The position numbers and the translations under genes were made by a program. A stretch of 64,000 nt of DNA, taken from the human T2T-CHM13v2.0 reference genome, Homo sapiens. This document shows positions 1 to 16,782 of the stretch, one piece after another; the first letter of the stretch is position 1, and every line of letters starts with the position of its first letter. The notes beneath the pieces are model-generated. The model saw only the letters and a list, made by a program, of their open reading frames with translations, had not been told where the DNA came from and did no database searches. Location: assembly GCF_009914755.1 (NCBI RefSeq), contig NC_060929.1; one strand, 5' to 3'.

Positions 1-702
1 GCTCCTAATTTTAGGGACCCTGAGGGGAGCCAGCTACATTTCCAAATGGTGGGGAAGGGTGGAGGGTGGGCGAAACGTCGTAGGGAGAGTTGAATAGAAG
101 GAGACAGATGGTGCCTGTGTTGGGGGAAGGGACCAGAGATCCTGGAAAACTTATGTTTCCCAATTCGCAAGAATGTTTCCATTTAACCACTTCTTGCCTG
201 ACTCCTGATTCTACACCACAGAAAAGCAGGGAGTTTTTAAGATTTGGGGCCACCTGTGCCGAGAGCCTGGCTACTCCGGGTGGAGAGAGACAGGAGCGTT
301 TTAAGTACAGGCAGAGCGGTTTTTGGCCCAGCCCCCTAGGTCTGGGACGCAGGTGAGGGGCGGTCTCTCCTTCCCCCGGCAGGGGCAGCGTAAGGGTGGC
401 CGGCGGCTGGGACTGTCCCACGAGGGGGCGCGTCTCGGGCCCTAGGACCCGCCCTCGAGGCGCTGCGCGCGGGGAGGGGACCCGGGAACCCAGGCGCCCG
501 GCGCTCCGCCTCCCGTTTCCGGGGCAGCGCGGTTACCTGCACCGCCCGAGCCGCACCTGGCGGAGGCAGAAGTCACAAACCCGGCGAGCTCAGAGCGGTG
601 GAGCGGAGAGGAGGGACGGCACCCGGCTGCAGGGAGGAGGGAGGCGGCAGCGGCAGCGGCGGCGTGGAGGGCGCAGCGCGCCGCGCGGCGGAGGAGGGCA
701 GA

Positions 703-719
703 CGGCGGCGGCGGCGGCG
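703..719 (+). repeat. (CGG)5 trinucleotide tract in the leader/promoter
   Basis: cggcggcggcggcggcg; an imperfect GGC/AGC run also lies at ~643-664. Confidence 0.85.
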
Positions 720-785
720 CTCGGCTCGCTCTGCCCGGCCGGCTGGGCGCGCACCCGGGCTCGCACCGCGCCGCTGCGGACGCAC

Positions 786-797
786 ATGGCAGCGTGA
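786..797 (+). promoter_or_regulatory. uORF1 (MAA*)
   Basis: ATG GCA GCG TGA; in the mRNA only if the TSS is upstream of 786. Confidence 0.45.
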
Positions 798-1142
<345 letters not shown>

Positions 1143-1466
1143 TAGGACCCTGGAACCCTCCTCCGTGCCCCCACACCCCCGCCTGGGCCCCCACCTGCCC
1201 CTGGAGCCGCCGGCCGGGACTGGGAGGGGGCAGGGGAGCTCTGCGTGCCTCTTGAGCTCTCTTCAGTTCGCCACCCCCTGCTCCCCCCAACCTTCTGGAG
1301 CGCTGCTCCCGCCTCAGTGGGCCACCGAGAGGAGGCGCCTGCCGGGGAGCTGGCCCAGGCTGCCCCACCGCCATCCCCAGTTGGAGGACTTAGGCCCCAG
1401 CCGGCACCTGCCCGGAGTTTTGACCTTAAGCTCTAGCCCCGCCCGCCCCCTTTAGGAAGAGAGGTC

Positions 1467-1566
1467 GGGCGGGGGCGGGGGTTGGGGGAGCGACCTAGCC
1501 GGGTGAAGCCGGGTCTTCCCGGGGAGGCTTCCACCCAGCGTGGGGGGTGGGCGGATGGGGATGGGG
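1467..1566 (+). other. Two potential G-quadruplex motifs on the non-template strand at the start of intron 1
   Basis: GGGCGGGGGCGGGGGTTGGGGG (1467-1488) and GGGGGGTGGGCGGATGGGGATGGGG (~1542-1566). Confidence 0.6.
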
Positions 1567-2368
1567 AAGTGTCCGGTTAGAGGGGGTGGTCAAGACCCCA
1601 GGATTCCGTGGGAGACCACTGGAGAGAGGGCACTCGGCGGAGAGGAAGGCAACCTGAGGTGTGCTTTTTGACAGGTGCCTTGGAAGCTGCTGAGAACAGC
1701 ACAGGGGCAGCCAGGGGGCCCTGGAACCCGAGGGTGGGGAGGAAGTGAAGAAGCGGGGGAGGGCAGATGAGGGAGACTGGTTATCCAGGAATCTGGCAGC
1801 AACTTGGAAGCTGTTAGGATGGAGATGGAGGTGAGAGGCCTCCCGGAAAGCCTTGCCCCTCGCCTCTTTCTCCTCTCTTTCTTCCCTGATCGGGGAAGGG
1901 GGCGGCGAGGCTCCTCAGCCCTGCACCAGCGGGACCTGACCTTGGTGGGTACCAGGCCGCTGTAGGTTGAGATAATGTGCAGAGGCAGATGGAGCCTGAG
2001 ATAGCTCGGTGTGGCTCTTACCTCTCCAGACTTTCTCCTGGTTGTTTGGCATTTCTTTGCTCACATGCTGCACACACACACATACATTCACCCTCTCCAT
2101 GTATGTCCTAGAGTCCCCGGACCACGATGTTGTTGACACGGTCTGTGGGCAGAGTGTCTTGGGGAATGCGGACTTTAAACCTTGTCTGTGACCTTGGGGG
2201 TCAGGTCCCTGTAAAGCAACCAAGGTGAATTTCTTGGACTCTTCATCTTGTGTGGTGGGGGTGGAGGTGTCCCAGAAGTGTATGTAGCAAGATGTGGGTC
2301 AAAAAAAGAATATAAGCGGAAAGAAAATGTGAGTTGAGATTCTCGGTAGTTTCTGGGAGCACTTACTT

Positions 2369-2394
2369 TCATTCATTCATTCATTCGTTCATTC
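2369..2394. repeat. (TCAT)n repeat, likely an L2 3' tail
   Basis: ttcattcattcattcattcgttcattca. Confidence 0.7.
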
Positions 2395-3465
2395 AGCGCT
2401 TCCTGGATGCCTCCTCTACACTCAGCACCATGCTGAATGTCTCATGAATGTAATCTGGAAGGTAAATATTTAGTGCTAGAGAGCATCTCTTAGGCAAGCT
2501 GCTTCAACCTCTGAGCCTCAGTTTCCCTGTTTGTCAGATGGGGGAGCCCACCATTTCCCTGAATTTAAAAAGTTTGCTTGGAAGGGAATATTGGGATGCT
2601 TAAAACTTGGAAGGGACGTACATCAGCGCCCAACTCCCATTTGAAACATAAGAGAAAATTTGAAGCCCAGAGGTGTGATTTGCTCAAGTATTTTGATTTT
2701 TCTGCCATTCTGCGTACCAGTTCTTCACCAGCTCTGAAGTTCTAACCTGCAAACTTGTCACCCTGACACACTGCTTCCCCACCCTTACTCGGGTCAGTTG
2801 CCAGCTCTGCTACTGTGTTGGTGAACTTGGCAGCACCTTTTCTCTTGTCCTTTTCTCAGAACAGACACAAGTTCAAACATATGTGACCTGCCCCAATTTA
2901 GGTCCCTGTAGTTTACGGAGGCCTGTGTGCTGTTAGCAGGTGGACGTCCTGTTGGAGGGAAAGGACCGCCCCTGCCAACACTGATAATCATGCATCTGGG
3001 GACTTCTAATACAGCAATAGGAGGCCCCTCTCAACAGTAATTCTTTACCCTTGGAAAAGGGTAAGCAAGTAGCTTCTATGAAGAACTGATTGGCTGGAGC
3101 ACAATCTCCCAAATTTTAGTGTTACATGGACCACCTCCATGATTTTTTTTTGCTATATCCACCTGTGCTATTGCTTACTTACTCCTTGACTTTAGATCAA
3201 CTCACTTTAAAAATATGTGTACCATTTTCACAAATGGGAAACTAGTTATATCTATTGTCATACAGGGGAAACAAAAAAGATAGGCAAACAAAAAAAACAA
3301 AAAACCAGGGTTAGTATATTTTAGCTAGGTACTGTGGCCAGCCTAAGGCCACAGCACCTCACCTGCCCAGCCTTTGTTTTTAAGCAGATTGGCAAGCCAT
3401 GGAGAGGCGGCAGAAACATAGTGGCACTTAGGTGAGCAGCTCACCTTCTTCATCTTGTGTCATTG

Positions 3466-3796
3466 GTTTTTTTGTTTGCTTTTGGTTTTTTTGTTTATTT
3501 GTTTTTGTTTTTTGGAGACAGAGTCTCGCTCTGTCGCCCAGGCTGGAGTCCAGTGGTGCGATCTTGGCTCACTGCAAGTCTGCCTCCTGGGTTCAAGCGA
3601 TTCTCCTGCCTCAACCTCCCGAGTAGCTGGGACTACAGGTGCACGCCACCACATCCAGCCAATTTTTTGTATTTTAGTAGAGATGGGGTTTCACTGTGTT
3701 GCCCAGGCTAGTCTTGAACTCCTGAGCTCAGGCAATCCGCCCACCTCAGCCTCCCAAAGTGCTAGGATTACAGGCGTGAGCCACCACGCTTGGCCT
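3466..3796 (-). mobile_element. Alu
   Basis: Poly-T followed by reverse Alu consensus; flanks gtcattggttt / gtcactggttt. Confidence 0.95.
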
Positions 3797-4350
3797 TGGG
3801 TCACTGGTTTATAAACTTCATCTCTGTACCTCCTTGTCATCCCACCTGGACTGGGGTGGTATTGGGCCCCTGAACTTGGGGTCCTGAGGGGGTCTCATGT
3901 CAACTCTGGGGGTCACTATTGTGGTCCAGCTTTGTATGTTTTGGAAAAGTGCTAATTGGAGGATAGCCACTTGTGGTTTTCTGGAATTTCCCTCCGGCAT
4001 ACCCCATTTTTGCCTTTTAGTTCTGTCTGTGTGGCCTTGGGCAAATCACTTGACCTCTCTGAGGTTTGAGTGCTTGAGAAGTGGGTTGGTTAGATGGTCT
4101 TCAAGGGCCTGCCAGCTCTTAAATATTATTTCAAACCCTTCTGCCGCTCTTACCTCTCCAGACTCCATGAGAGGAGAAGGGGGAACAGGGATGGGCTATG
4201 AGAAAAAGGAAGAAGAAATTTAACAAAGCTGAAAAGAGCCAAACTTATTCCGGGGGGTGGTGGGTTGGGGAGAAAAAATTCTGCCAAGGTAGTTATATCC
4301 CTGCAATTAATTAATGCTGTGAGACAAAAAATTGCACTAAAAAATTCTAC

Positions 4351-4353
<3 letters not shown>

Positions 4354-4393
<40 letters not shown>
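4354..4393. repeat. (GT)20 microsatellite
   Basis: Perfect dinucleotide run. Confidence 0.97.
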
Positions 4394-4395
<2 letters not shown>

Positions 4396-6142
4396 ATTTG
4401 CCTTGGATTTTTCCTTACCTGAATCATGGAGATGCCCACCCATTCCCCTGAATTTAAAAGAAGTAAGTCAAATGGTCCTTCAGTCAGAAAAGTGATTTCT
4501 TAGCCACCAAGGACAAAATAGCGTCTCTGGTTACCAACCCTAAAGAATGTCTTGGCACATTCCTCCCTCTGGGGCTGAGCTGTTTTGTGTGCTGGCCGGC
4601 CAGGAGCTGCTGGGGGTAGGGAATCCAGTTTTCAGCTTCCCCTTTCACCAGGGGGTTGGAAGAGCAGCCAAGCAGCCAGCCTTGCCAACTCTCTCCCCTT
4701 CTCACCCAGGGGAAGACTGGGAGGCCGAAATTCCTGAGGATGGTTGTCCCAACAACCGGAGAGGGTCCAGTGGGCAGCTTGGGTCCTGCCCACTGGGCCA
4801 AAGGCTCCAGCAGCACCACAGGCTTTTCCTGAGTCAAGGCCAGCCTGGGAAGGTGACAGGCCCTTCGGGAATCAGGTGCTGTGGATCAGGTCTGAACAGC
4901 ACCTTGGAGCCGTGCTCCTTTTGCGGAGTAACTCTGGGTGCTTTTGTGAGCTCTAGCGAAGGGGCCAGCGTCCTGTGTATTTCACTTCGTGGTATGCAAA
5001 ACAAATGCACCGATTGTTCTCGGAGGAAGAATAGATCTTTGGGGCTGGCCCTCCCAGAGAAGGTTCCTGCAGCCTGATTCCTTCTTGTTGTGCGATTTGT
5101 ATTCAGACCTTCTCATAGGAACCACCTGGGAATTCTGGGCAGTTTCTGGGTCTGTATGGTAAGTACCGGAGGCACACATGGCTGGAGAGGCCATGCTGAG
5201 AGGATCCAGCAACTTCTCCCATGACTTGAGGATCTTTTGCTAACCCTGTTATTTCAGAAATAATTGATATGGTAGGAAGTCAGGTCTACAGCAGTCAAAA
5301 AGTCTAAACCTCTGTCAGGTCACAGACCCTTATGAGACTGATAAAGGTTCAGAACTCTTCCTAGAGAAAAGGTTTTTGCACATAATTTCAGGGACCTCCT
5401 GGACCCCAGGTTCATAACCCCTGCCATAGATAAGCTTGGAAATTGCTTGTCACCATGGAAAGGCCTCCTGTTTAGCTAGGTAGCAAATAATGATTGGGTA
5501 TTTACTATATTCAGGCAGTCTGCTGAGAGCTTTACATAGGTTATCTCTTTAAATCCTCCTAACAACCCTGGGACTAGGTACAATTATTACCCACCTGAAC
5601 TACCCAATGCTCAGGGAGGCTTGGTAAAGCCCCTCAACCTTTGTGGAGCTGTGATGTGAATACTAGGCGGGCTCACACCAGAACACACATTTCTAACCAC
5701 TGCCTCATTTTACTTCCTGCTGAGTTAGCTGCAGAATCAAGACCACTGCTCCAGTGCCTAAGGAATTTGGCCTTGGGAAATGGAGCCAAAACAGGCATGA
5801 TTTCACTTACCTGTGACCATTCTGGTGTGGTCAGGTCATGGGCACCTAGAGGGCAAATGTAGATAAGTGAGTCTTTGGCTCCTGGAATCTTGGATCTGCC
5901 ACTTGCTACCTGAGTTACCTTGGTAATTGACATATTGTCCCTGAACCTTGCGTTTGCCTTCTAATGAATGGAAAGATGTCCATCAACCATCAAGGGTAGT
6001 TATGGGTGATAAGTAAGTGAAGGTAGGTAGGGCAGCAAGCCTGAAGTCTGACATGCAGGGGACACTGAGGAATGCCAGTTCCTTTAACTTTTCCTAGAAC
6101 GTACCTGTGAAACAGCAGCATCAAATGGATGCTGCATATCTA

Positions 6143-6616
<474 letters not shown>

Positions 6617-6856
6617 TTATATAAATTTTTTACTAAAAGTCAGATCTATGTCCTTCTCATCAATGATAATAATTCACACATATTTTATGTGCATGGCTGC
6701 ATTATTCTCCATAATCGTTTTTGATTGTATAGACCAGGAAGTTGCATTCATCGTGCGTCACAATCATTTGTGAGTTGTGTCATAGGAATTTGCTGTATGT
6801 CAAATGATTACATTTCCAGTGATTGCAAGTGAATTCCTATTTTTATAATCAATTAA

Positions 6857-7225
<369 letters not shown>

Positions 7226-7668
7226 TAAGTGAGAGTTATAACCAGTCTGCCAGGGAAGTTACCCAGAACCTCTTTATTCTCCATGCTGCTGCTCTTAATG
7301 ATCCACTAATACCTGTAGATGTATAATAATAATACTTACATACAAGTGATTAGAGGGCTTTTTATCTTTTTCTGAGGCTTGAGTTTAAGATCTACGTATT
7401 CCATGGGAGTCTACCATGCCTGGGAACATCCTATGTCAATTATTAAGAAAGAAATGAGGTTTAAAAACACTAGGATAGATAATAGGGAGAAGCAAGAGAT
7501 TTGGTAACCCAGAGAAGAATAAAATAATAGTCAATACCAGCATCTATTGAGTGTTTACTCTCTGCTGCCCACTGAGCTAAGCATTCTATATTGTGACCTC
7601 ATTTTATCTTTTCAACAGCCATATGGGGTAAGTACTTCAGATGAGGGAACTGAAATTTAGAAAGGTTA

Positions 7669-7968
<300 letters not shown>

Positions 7969-10215
7969 GGTTTAGTAACTTGCTCAAGATCACCAACAGG
8001 TGTTGCATCCAGGACTGGAGCCCACCTAGCTGGATTCTTGCATCTACACTCATACTAGCTGTAGCCTGGTCTGGCTCTGTCCTGGCTTATTAATCCATCT
8101 CAGGGCCCCAGAGTGCCCTGTTGACAGCTGGGCTTGAGAGTTACCATTTATTCTTAAAATGGGTGAACCTGATGTGGATCTGAGGGAGAGACTTTGCTAA
8201 GGAGCCTTAACCAGAGAAGCCAGTGAGATCCTCATGGCAGCTTAGGAGACTGTTTGGCATAAACTCCACCTTCTGGGAGCAGCTGGCTAACCAGAGCTTT
8301 GGGGATGGGAGAAGAGAGAGAGATGGAGGCAGAGGGACTCTTTGAAGGATGCAGTGTGTACAAGGAGTTCACAGTCCTTTCCAAGTCGCTTGGGTAAATG
8401 CTCCCAACAGCCAGGGAATGAGTAGCCAAGGCCGTTCCTCTCTGTCGCCATCCCTCCCCCTCCCGGGGAGAGGGCTTATCCAAACTGACCCAATTTTCCA
8501 ATTCCCTGGGGTCCCAGATTGCTGTGAGAAGAACACTGCCCTTTTGAAGGGAAGAGAATCAGGTTGCCTTAGTTACCTGGAAGGTTGGCACGCCAAGTTC
8601 AGGTGCACGTAAGGAGAAACAGGGCTAGAATAAGTGTGAGTCGAAGGTGGCCACCGTCTTGCTGCACGGTTCCCTCAGTGGCAGAAGCCTTGATCAGGCT
8701 TCAGTGGCACTTGCAGGGAATGCCGACCTAATGTCAGGTGGCTGTTCACGACGTGTATCAGGAGCTCTCTCCAGCCACATGTGGTGCTAGGTGATGAGGC
8801 TCTGCAGCCTCCAGTTCAGCAAGGGGCCCTGGATAAGAGGAATCCACTTCACTTGGAGAAGTGGCCTGGTGACAACCCTATCACCAGCTCCTCGCTATTT
8901 GCTAAGGGAAGCACCTCCACTTGGACAGGGCTGAGGGCTAGATCTGGGCAAAAAACTCCCGTCTTGCCTCTCCCAGCATGGAGATGGCCAGCTGGCTGCA
9001 CACCTTTAGGTAGAACAGCAAAAGGTTCAGTTGCTGCTGCCTCGAATCTGTTTCAGAGTGAGATAAAGAAAGAGAAAACTAAGAAACTGGATACAGTGAC
9101 ATTTTGTTATTAGACCTTCCCCAGCAGGCCATTTAGCCTTTAGTTCCTGAGCAGAAAAATAATAATGGGGTGGCGGGAGGAGGGGGCAGGCGTTCACTGT
9201 TGTGTGCGGAGAATATTCTCTAAAGATGCAGGATGGGGAAGAGGGGGTGGAGCAGAGAGTGGGGAGGAGGGAAAGAAAAAGGACAAGTGTGGTGGGTCAC
9301 ATGCCCATTCTCCCCACCCCCCACCCCTTGCCAGTTGCCTGCTCAATGCTTCTACCCATGACATCTCACTGTTGGGAAGAAATGAGATCTTTCAGTTTCA
9401 AATGTCTGCCAAAGAAAAGGGACGGAGGCTTAAGTTCTCACTCAATGGTCAGCCAGAAAAAAAAAAAAAAATGAAGCTGCATCAAGATTAGGGACACCTT
9501 TGTTGGCTTTTTTTTTCTTCTCTTGCTCCATTCATCACTCTCTGGCAGCGAGGACACCAGGCCAACTGCAGCTGCTGACTTTCCCCAGTCGGCTGCCTGC
9601 TGTTGCCCAGGCCTGTTTTGGTAGCAACCCCCACACTGGCTTCCTCCCCGCCCAGTGGTGGTTACTTGTTGGATTCGTCCCTGGGGTAGCCCCTGGGATC
9701 CACTGACGGGTAACAGACTTGGAAGGATAAAATGTCAAGATGCAGGCATCAGGTGGCTGCTAGGATGAGATGACCCTGGGACAGCCTTCCAGTCCTACAT
9801 CTGTCGTGGCTTTTCTTGGAGAGTCGGGCTGTGAGCATTTCACTGTATTCCAGGAATTTCTTCTAAGTGCATTGTTTGTCTTTGTATCACTAACAGTGAG
9901 AACAATAACTGGCACCTGGTGATAATGGTGATAAATAATCATGATTGTCTTTAAAGATCCTTATCCATTGTCTGTCACGTGCCAAACACTATTGCTCATC
10001 ATATTTTTATGGCATTTTGCAAATGAGGAAACTGAGGCCGAGAGACAAGTCAAGTGACAAGCTCATTTTTCCACTATGGAAAAAAATGTGTATGTGTTTG
10101 TTGTTCCACCCAAACATGGGATTGCATACCACACGATTCACGATTCCCTGTAGTAGATAAGCTCTCCATAAAGATCATTAGAGGACACTGAGTCAAGTCT
10201 GGCTTTGTCACTTTA

Positions 10216-10530
<315 letters not shown>

Positions 10531-11759
10531 GTAAGTGACCTTGAACCAGTTCCTTCTCAGCTATAAAACAAGGATAAGAATAGAACCTACCTACCCCTGA
10601 GAGTCATGGTGAGGATATGACATCCAACATAGAAAGTCTTAGCGCCTATCATGCCTTCATATGGGAGCCCTTTCCAGTTAGGCCAACCTACCCTCCTGTG
10701 CATTGGTAACGGTAGAGGAACTAAAACCCCTGTTTCTTCCTTGCCAACTCAGGTCTCTTCCTGGCGGGCCATGGCTCACCTGAGCCACACTGACATTAGA
10801 GCTCGCAAACCACCTTGGCAGCACTCATTATATGAATCAGTAAACTCCCCTCCTCCCCCAGTCTTATCAGGGGCAAGCCCTTCTTTGGAATTTCTGGAGT
10901 GAAGCGACTCTTGCCAGTGAGCTGGCACCAGGGCTGTGTGTGAATCAGGGTAATGAATTGCAGTTGTCATGGCAGAGCTAAAAAGGCTGATGCAGGAACT
11001 GGAGGTCTCTGGAACTCATTTGTAACTGCTTTGATATCATGTCCCCTCACTCAGTCTTCCCTTTTGCGCTGTTTGAGAGCTGTTTGAGGACCTGCTGATT
11101 TGAGCATGGTGGTGTTGCAGGAAGGGCATTGGCATTTATCATGTCCCACCCAGCGGGGGGTTGGCCATTCACTCAGCAGGTATTTATGGAGTGCCTACTG
11201 TGCTCAGACTCTGTTGCCAGAGCGGAGGATCAGAGCAAAGTCCCTGCTGCAATGGGGTGTGCACGCGGGGGATGGAGACTGGGAAATAGTTAAATAGATA
11301 AATCGCATTATGACTGGGGGTTTGATGTTCTCTAGAGCTCTTTTAGGAAGGTGGAGGGACAGACCTGGTGACACCTGTCGACAGTGGTGGTGCGGACCTA
11401 GATTTGAAGCCGGGAGACCTTGAGGCCTTTAGTAGGATGTTATCAAGAGCCTATTGTGGTGAGGTGGGCTAATTGCTGGGAGTGCAATGGTGATACACAA
11501 TAGAGTCTCCAACTCGTAGAATTTACTACAAATTAGTGAGAGGCACAGCTAGTCAAGGAGCTGTGCAAATATAGTAGAAATACCAGGCTCTCTGAGTCTG
11601 TTTTTCTTCCTCTCCTGTTTCATCTGGACACGTTCAGTCATTTAACAAATATTTGTTGGATAGTGTACCTGTAATATGCCAGGCATTGTTTTGGCACTGG
11701 GGGTTCAGCAGGGATTAAACCAACAAAAATCCTTGTCCTCATGGAGCTTACTTTCAAAT

Positions 11760-11890
11760 GCAGTGTTTGTCAAACTTGAGGAAACATCAGAACCACCTGG
11801 AGGTCTTGTTAAATACTCAGTTTGAGTCAGTGGATCTGGATGGGGCCCAAGAATGTGCATTTCCTGCAGGTCCCCAGATGATGATGCTGG
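11760..11890. mobile_element. MER5-like hAT-Charlie MITE
   Basis: cagtgtttgtcaaactt...catcagaaccacctggaggtcttgttaaa...cccaagaatgtgcatttc resembles MER5A. Confidence 0.65.
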
Positions 11891-12189
11891 CTTGACCCAA
11901 CTCATACCAACCAACTAATACACTGACTCATTGACTCCTTATAATAACCTAGGAGAGGGTACTCAATTATCCCCGTTTTGCAGACAAGGAAACTGAAGAC
12001 AAACGAAGTAACTTCGTCCTCCCTATGCTAAGAGGGCTAAAGAAAATGGTCTCATGAGCCAACACTGTCTACCTGCATCACTGTGATTATGAGGACCATA
12101 TATCATGTTCTTTTGTTTTGCTGACCAAAGCCTGACCAGTAGCAAAATCCTGTGGGTTTTTCTTGTTCATTAAGAAATAAGGCACAGGA

Positions 12190-12485
12190 GGCCAGGTGTG
12201 GCAGCTCACACCTATAATCCTAGCACTTTGGGAGTCTGATACAGGAGGATAGTTTGAGCCCAGGAGTTTGAGACCAGCCTGGACAAGAAAGTGGGATCTC
12301 ACTTTCTTGCCCATCTCTACAAACATTCAAAAAATGAGCTGGGCATGGTGGTCCACACCTATAGTCCCAACTACACCAGAGGCTAAGGTGGGAGGATCGC
12401 TTGATCTCAAGAGGTCAAGGCTGCAGTGAGCCATGTTTACATCATTGCAGTCCAGCCTGGGTGACAGAGTGAGATCATCTCAAGA
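12190..12485 (+). mobile_element. AluJ
   Basis: Diverged dimer with ttgagcccaggagtt and ggatcgcttga (J-type). Confidence 0.92.
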
Positions 12486-13389
12486 AGAAAGCAGGCAAGC
12501 AAGGGGAAGCAGCCAATCTAAGGGGATTCCAGAAGACCGAAGGGACTTCTCTTTCATTAGAATGTATAGAATTTGTATTTTCATGGCCACAGCAGGATCA
12601 GAGGAAATTGCCCTCCCTGTTTCTCAGTGGAACTGAGCCAGGACTCCCCTGCGCTGAGCTGCTCGGGAGAGGAAGGGTCCCTGGGCTCCTTCACCCCAGG
12701 GGACTTTCCCTACTTCAACTCCAGGAAGTGCAGGGAGGTGGTTTTGAGGAAAAGCAAATCCCTCCTCTCATGGAATCCTCACTTCAGCCCTCTAGGGAGG
12801 CCTTATCCACCGCTATTCCCCTAGACCACTGCTTCAGCTTTACATACCTTTGTCACTTGCTGGTTCTGTGACCTTGGTCAAAGTTACTTATATCTTTTTG
12901 AGCCTTCATTTCTTCACCGGCAAAATGAGAATAAGTTAGAATCCATCTCATAGAGTTAGTAATAATCACATTAGACATCTCTCATTATATTCAAGTTCCA
13001 CTGACCAGGCAGTTCTAATGGCAGCCATTACAGTCCCCATAATATATTTGATAACTTTCTCTATAGTTACAGAGTTACTGCTCAATTCGTTTATTTTGAG
13101 GACCAGATTTTTTGGATGTAAACCACTTCTTGTTTCTCTCTGAGCAAAATGTCCCCTGGAAAAACTGGTCATGCCTAAGAAGATAGACTTCTTCCTAGTA
13201 GACAATGACTTTTGCTGGACAGGAATATTAAGAGGTGTCTTAATAGCTCAAGGAGTTTCAAAACAAATGTAAGTGGTTTATTTCTATTGCTGATATAAAA
13301 CAAATATTTACCAGCAGCCAGTGGAGGACCTTGGGTTTTTCTTCAGCCTCTTCACTGGTCACGAGGCCCTCTAAGGTTTTTGCCCTCGT

Positions 13390-13575
13390 ACAATGGTTCT
13401 TCAGTGTGGCTCCAGACCAGTATATCAGCTTCACCTGAGAACCTGTTAGAAACACATTCTCATGTCCCATGTCAGACCAACTGAATCAGAAACTCTGGGG
13501 GTACAGCTCAGCAATCTGGGTTTTCATGAGCTCTCTGGGTAACTCTGCTGCCCACTCAAGTCTGTAAACCACTGG
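13390..13575. mobile_element. MER5A-like DNA transposon
   Basis: caatggttcttcagtgtgg...gttagaaacacattctc...gaatcagaaactctgg...aaccactg with terminal inverted ends. Confidence 0.75.
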
Positions 13576-13702
13576 CTAAGTGCACCCAGAAAGACCTGAG
13601 ATATTTTGTTAGTGGTTGAATGGCAGACGCTGGCCAGGATTGCAGAATCGCCTGAGCACAGGTGCACACAGCCAGTTGAAATGGTCTTAATTAGCTTATG
13701 AA

Positions 13703-14141
<439 letters not shown>

Positions 14142-14989
14142 AACTTAGGAACATTTTTAATATCATTCCCAAATCCTTGCTGGCCACTCTGAACCTCCAC
14201 ACTCCCTTCTCCAGGCCCTCACCATCGCCTCACGTCTTCTTGGCATTAAGATTCAGCTTACAAATGAAGTTTAGTAACACCTTCCCCACCTCCCCAGCCC
14301 AGGCTCCATAGCATCCTGTGCCGTAATAGAATGGCATAATTTCCTGCGTCTTTTCTATTCTTGGTTAATGGATAGCTCAGTGGCTGGCATGCAGTAGAAG
14401 CACATTAAGCCAGGGTTGAATGCTCCCCGGGTCCGGAGTTTTGGATTCTGTTTCTGGCCCTTCCTCTTAGCAGCAAATCACTTAACCTTCCTGAGCCCTG
14501 GTTTCCTTAGCTCTGCAATGGACGAATAAGGAGTCTTGATCTCCTTTCTACAAGGAGATGAGGAGGTGTCTTTGGAGCTGGGGGAACAAAAGGAACAGTT
14601 AGTGGTTCCCAGCTTCTGCTACATATTAGACTCGTCAGATCACTGGAGGGGACAACTAAAAATACCCACGCCTGGCCCACCCCCAAAGATTCTGGTTTAC
14701 TTGGTCTGTGGTATGACCTGAGCATGGAATTTCTAGAAAGTCCCTAGTTAATTCTAGGTTGCAGCCAGATTGGAGAAGCATAGCTGTAGGTAAATATCTG
14801 CCTTCCTTACAAACATTTGTAGAGTTTGAATGAGATTAAATGAAAGTACCTTGTAAAGGGGACAAGTGCCATAGGAATATGAGATATTTTAAAACCTAAT
14901 ATGTATAGTTTTACTTGGAAAAATTGAGATGATTCAGGAAGTATTTAAAAAATAGTTGCAGGAGGTGGAGAAGTAAATATCTGGGAGAT

Positions 14990-15299
<310 letters not shown>

Positions 15300-15474
15300 T
15301 CAGTTACCTTGCTGTTTGGTAATTTCCCCTCTTCTATGCCTATCTTCTTATTTTTTTCCTGATGGGTGAAGAAGCAAAGATATTTGGGCTCCTTTTGCCA
15401 TAATGTGAAAATCTTCAACTCCCACTGCAGCAGTAATGCTTTTGAATAAATTGATCTAAGCTGCTTTATTTTCT

Positions 15475-15774
<300 letters not shown>

Positions 15775-15939
15775 TAAGCTACTTTAGAGTTGTAAGCCTG
15801 GGGGCTAGGCCTTCCTTTCATTTGCTGAACCTGGTTTGGATTTTATGCACATAATCTACATCTTTGAGACTCCAAGAAAATGGGTTGCAGACACTACCAC
15901 CATATAGATCGCAGCCTGTGGACAGGAACTAATAATTGC

Positions 15940-16170
15940 TAATATTTATTACAACTCTAGGTTGTGCCAAGCTCTGGGCTGTGTGCTTTGAATGCATCGC
16001 CCAGTTTAGTTCTCATAGCAACCCTATGAGGTAAGAACCATCTCCATTCTGCAGATGAGGAAATTGAAGCTTAGAAAGTTGAAAACTTGCCCAAGATTGC
16101 GTAGCTAATAAGTGGCAGAACTGACATGCAAACCCAGTCTGTCTGCCCCCACAGATGCATGTTCTTTACC
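15940..16170 (-). mobile_element. MIR
   Basis: MIR core: aaccctatgaggta...cattctgcagatgaggaaattgaagcttagaaagttgaaaacttgcccaag. Confidence 0.8.
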
Positions 16171-16367
16171 ATCACGTAGGTCAGGCCAGGATGTCAAGGA
16201 GAGCAACCCCGAACTAGTCCTGGTGATTTAGACTAGAGCGTCTTTCACTGCTGTGATTCCTTCATTGGCACTTTCTTCCAGTTGTACAGTGTCTGTCTTT
16301 GCTTGGTCTTTGCTTGTTCTACCCTTAGTTTAGCAGATATCCCTCTCTCCATGAACAAGGTGAGTGA

Positions 16368-16782
<415 letters not shown>

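Noticed and set aside
4547-5077. 176-aa ORF (also the 195-aa ORF at 51323-51910 and the 182-aa ORF at 42489-43037)
   Set aside because: No recognisable domain, codon bias or exon context; consistent with random intronic ORFs, and one is partly Alu.
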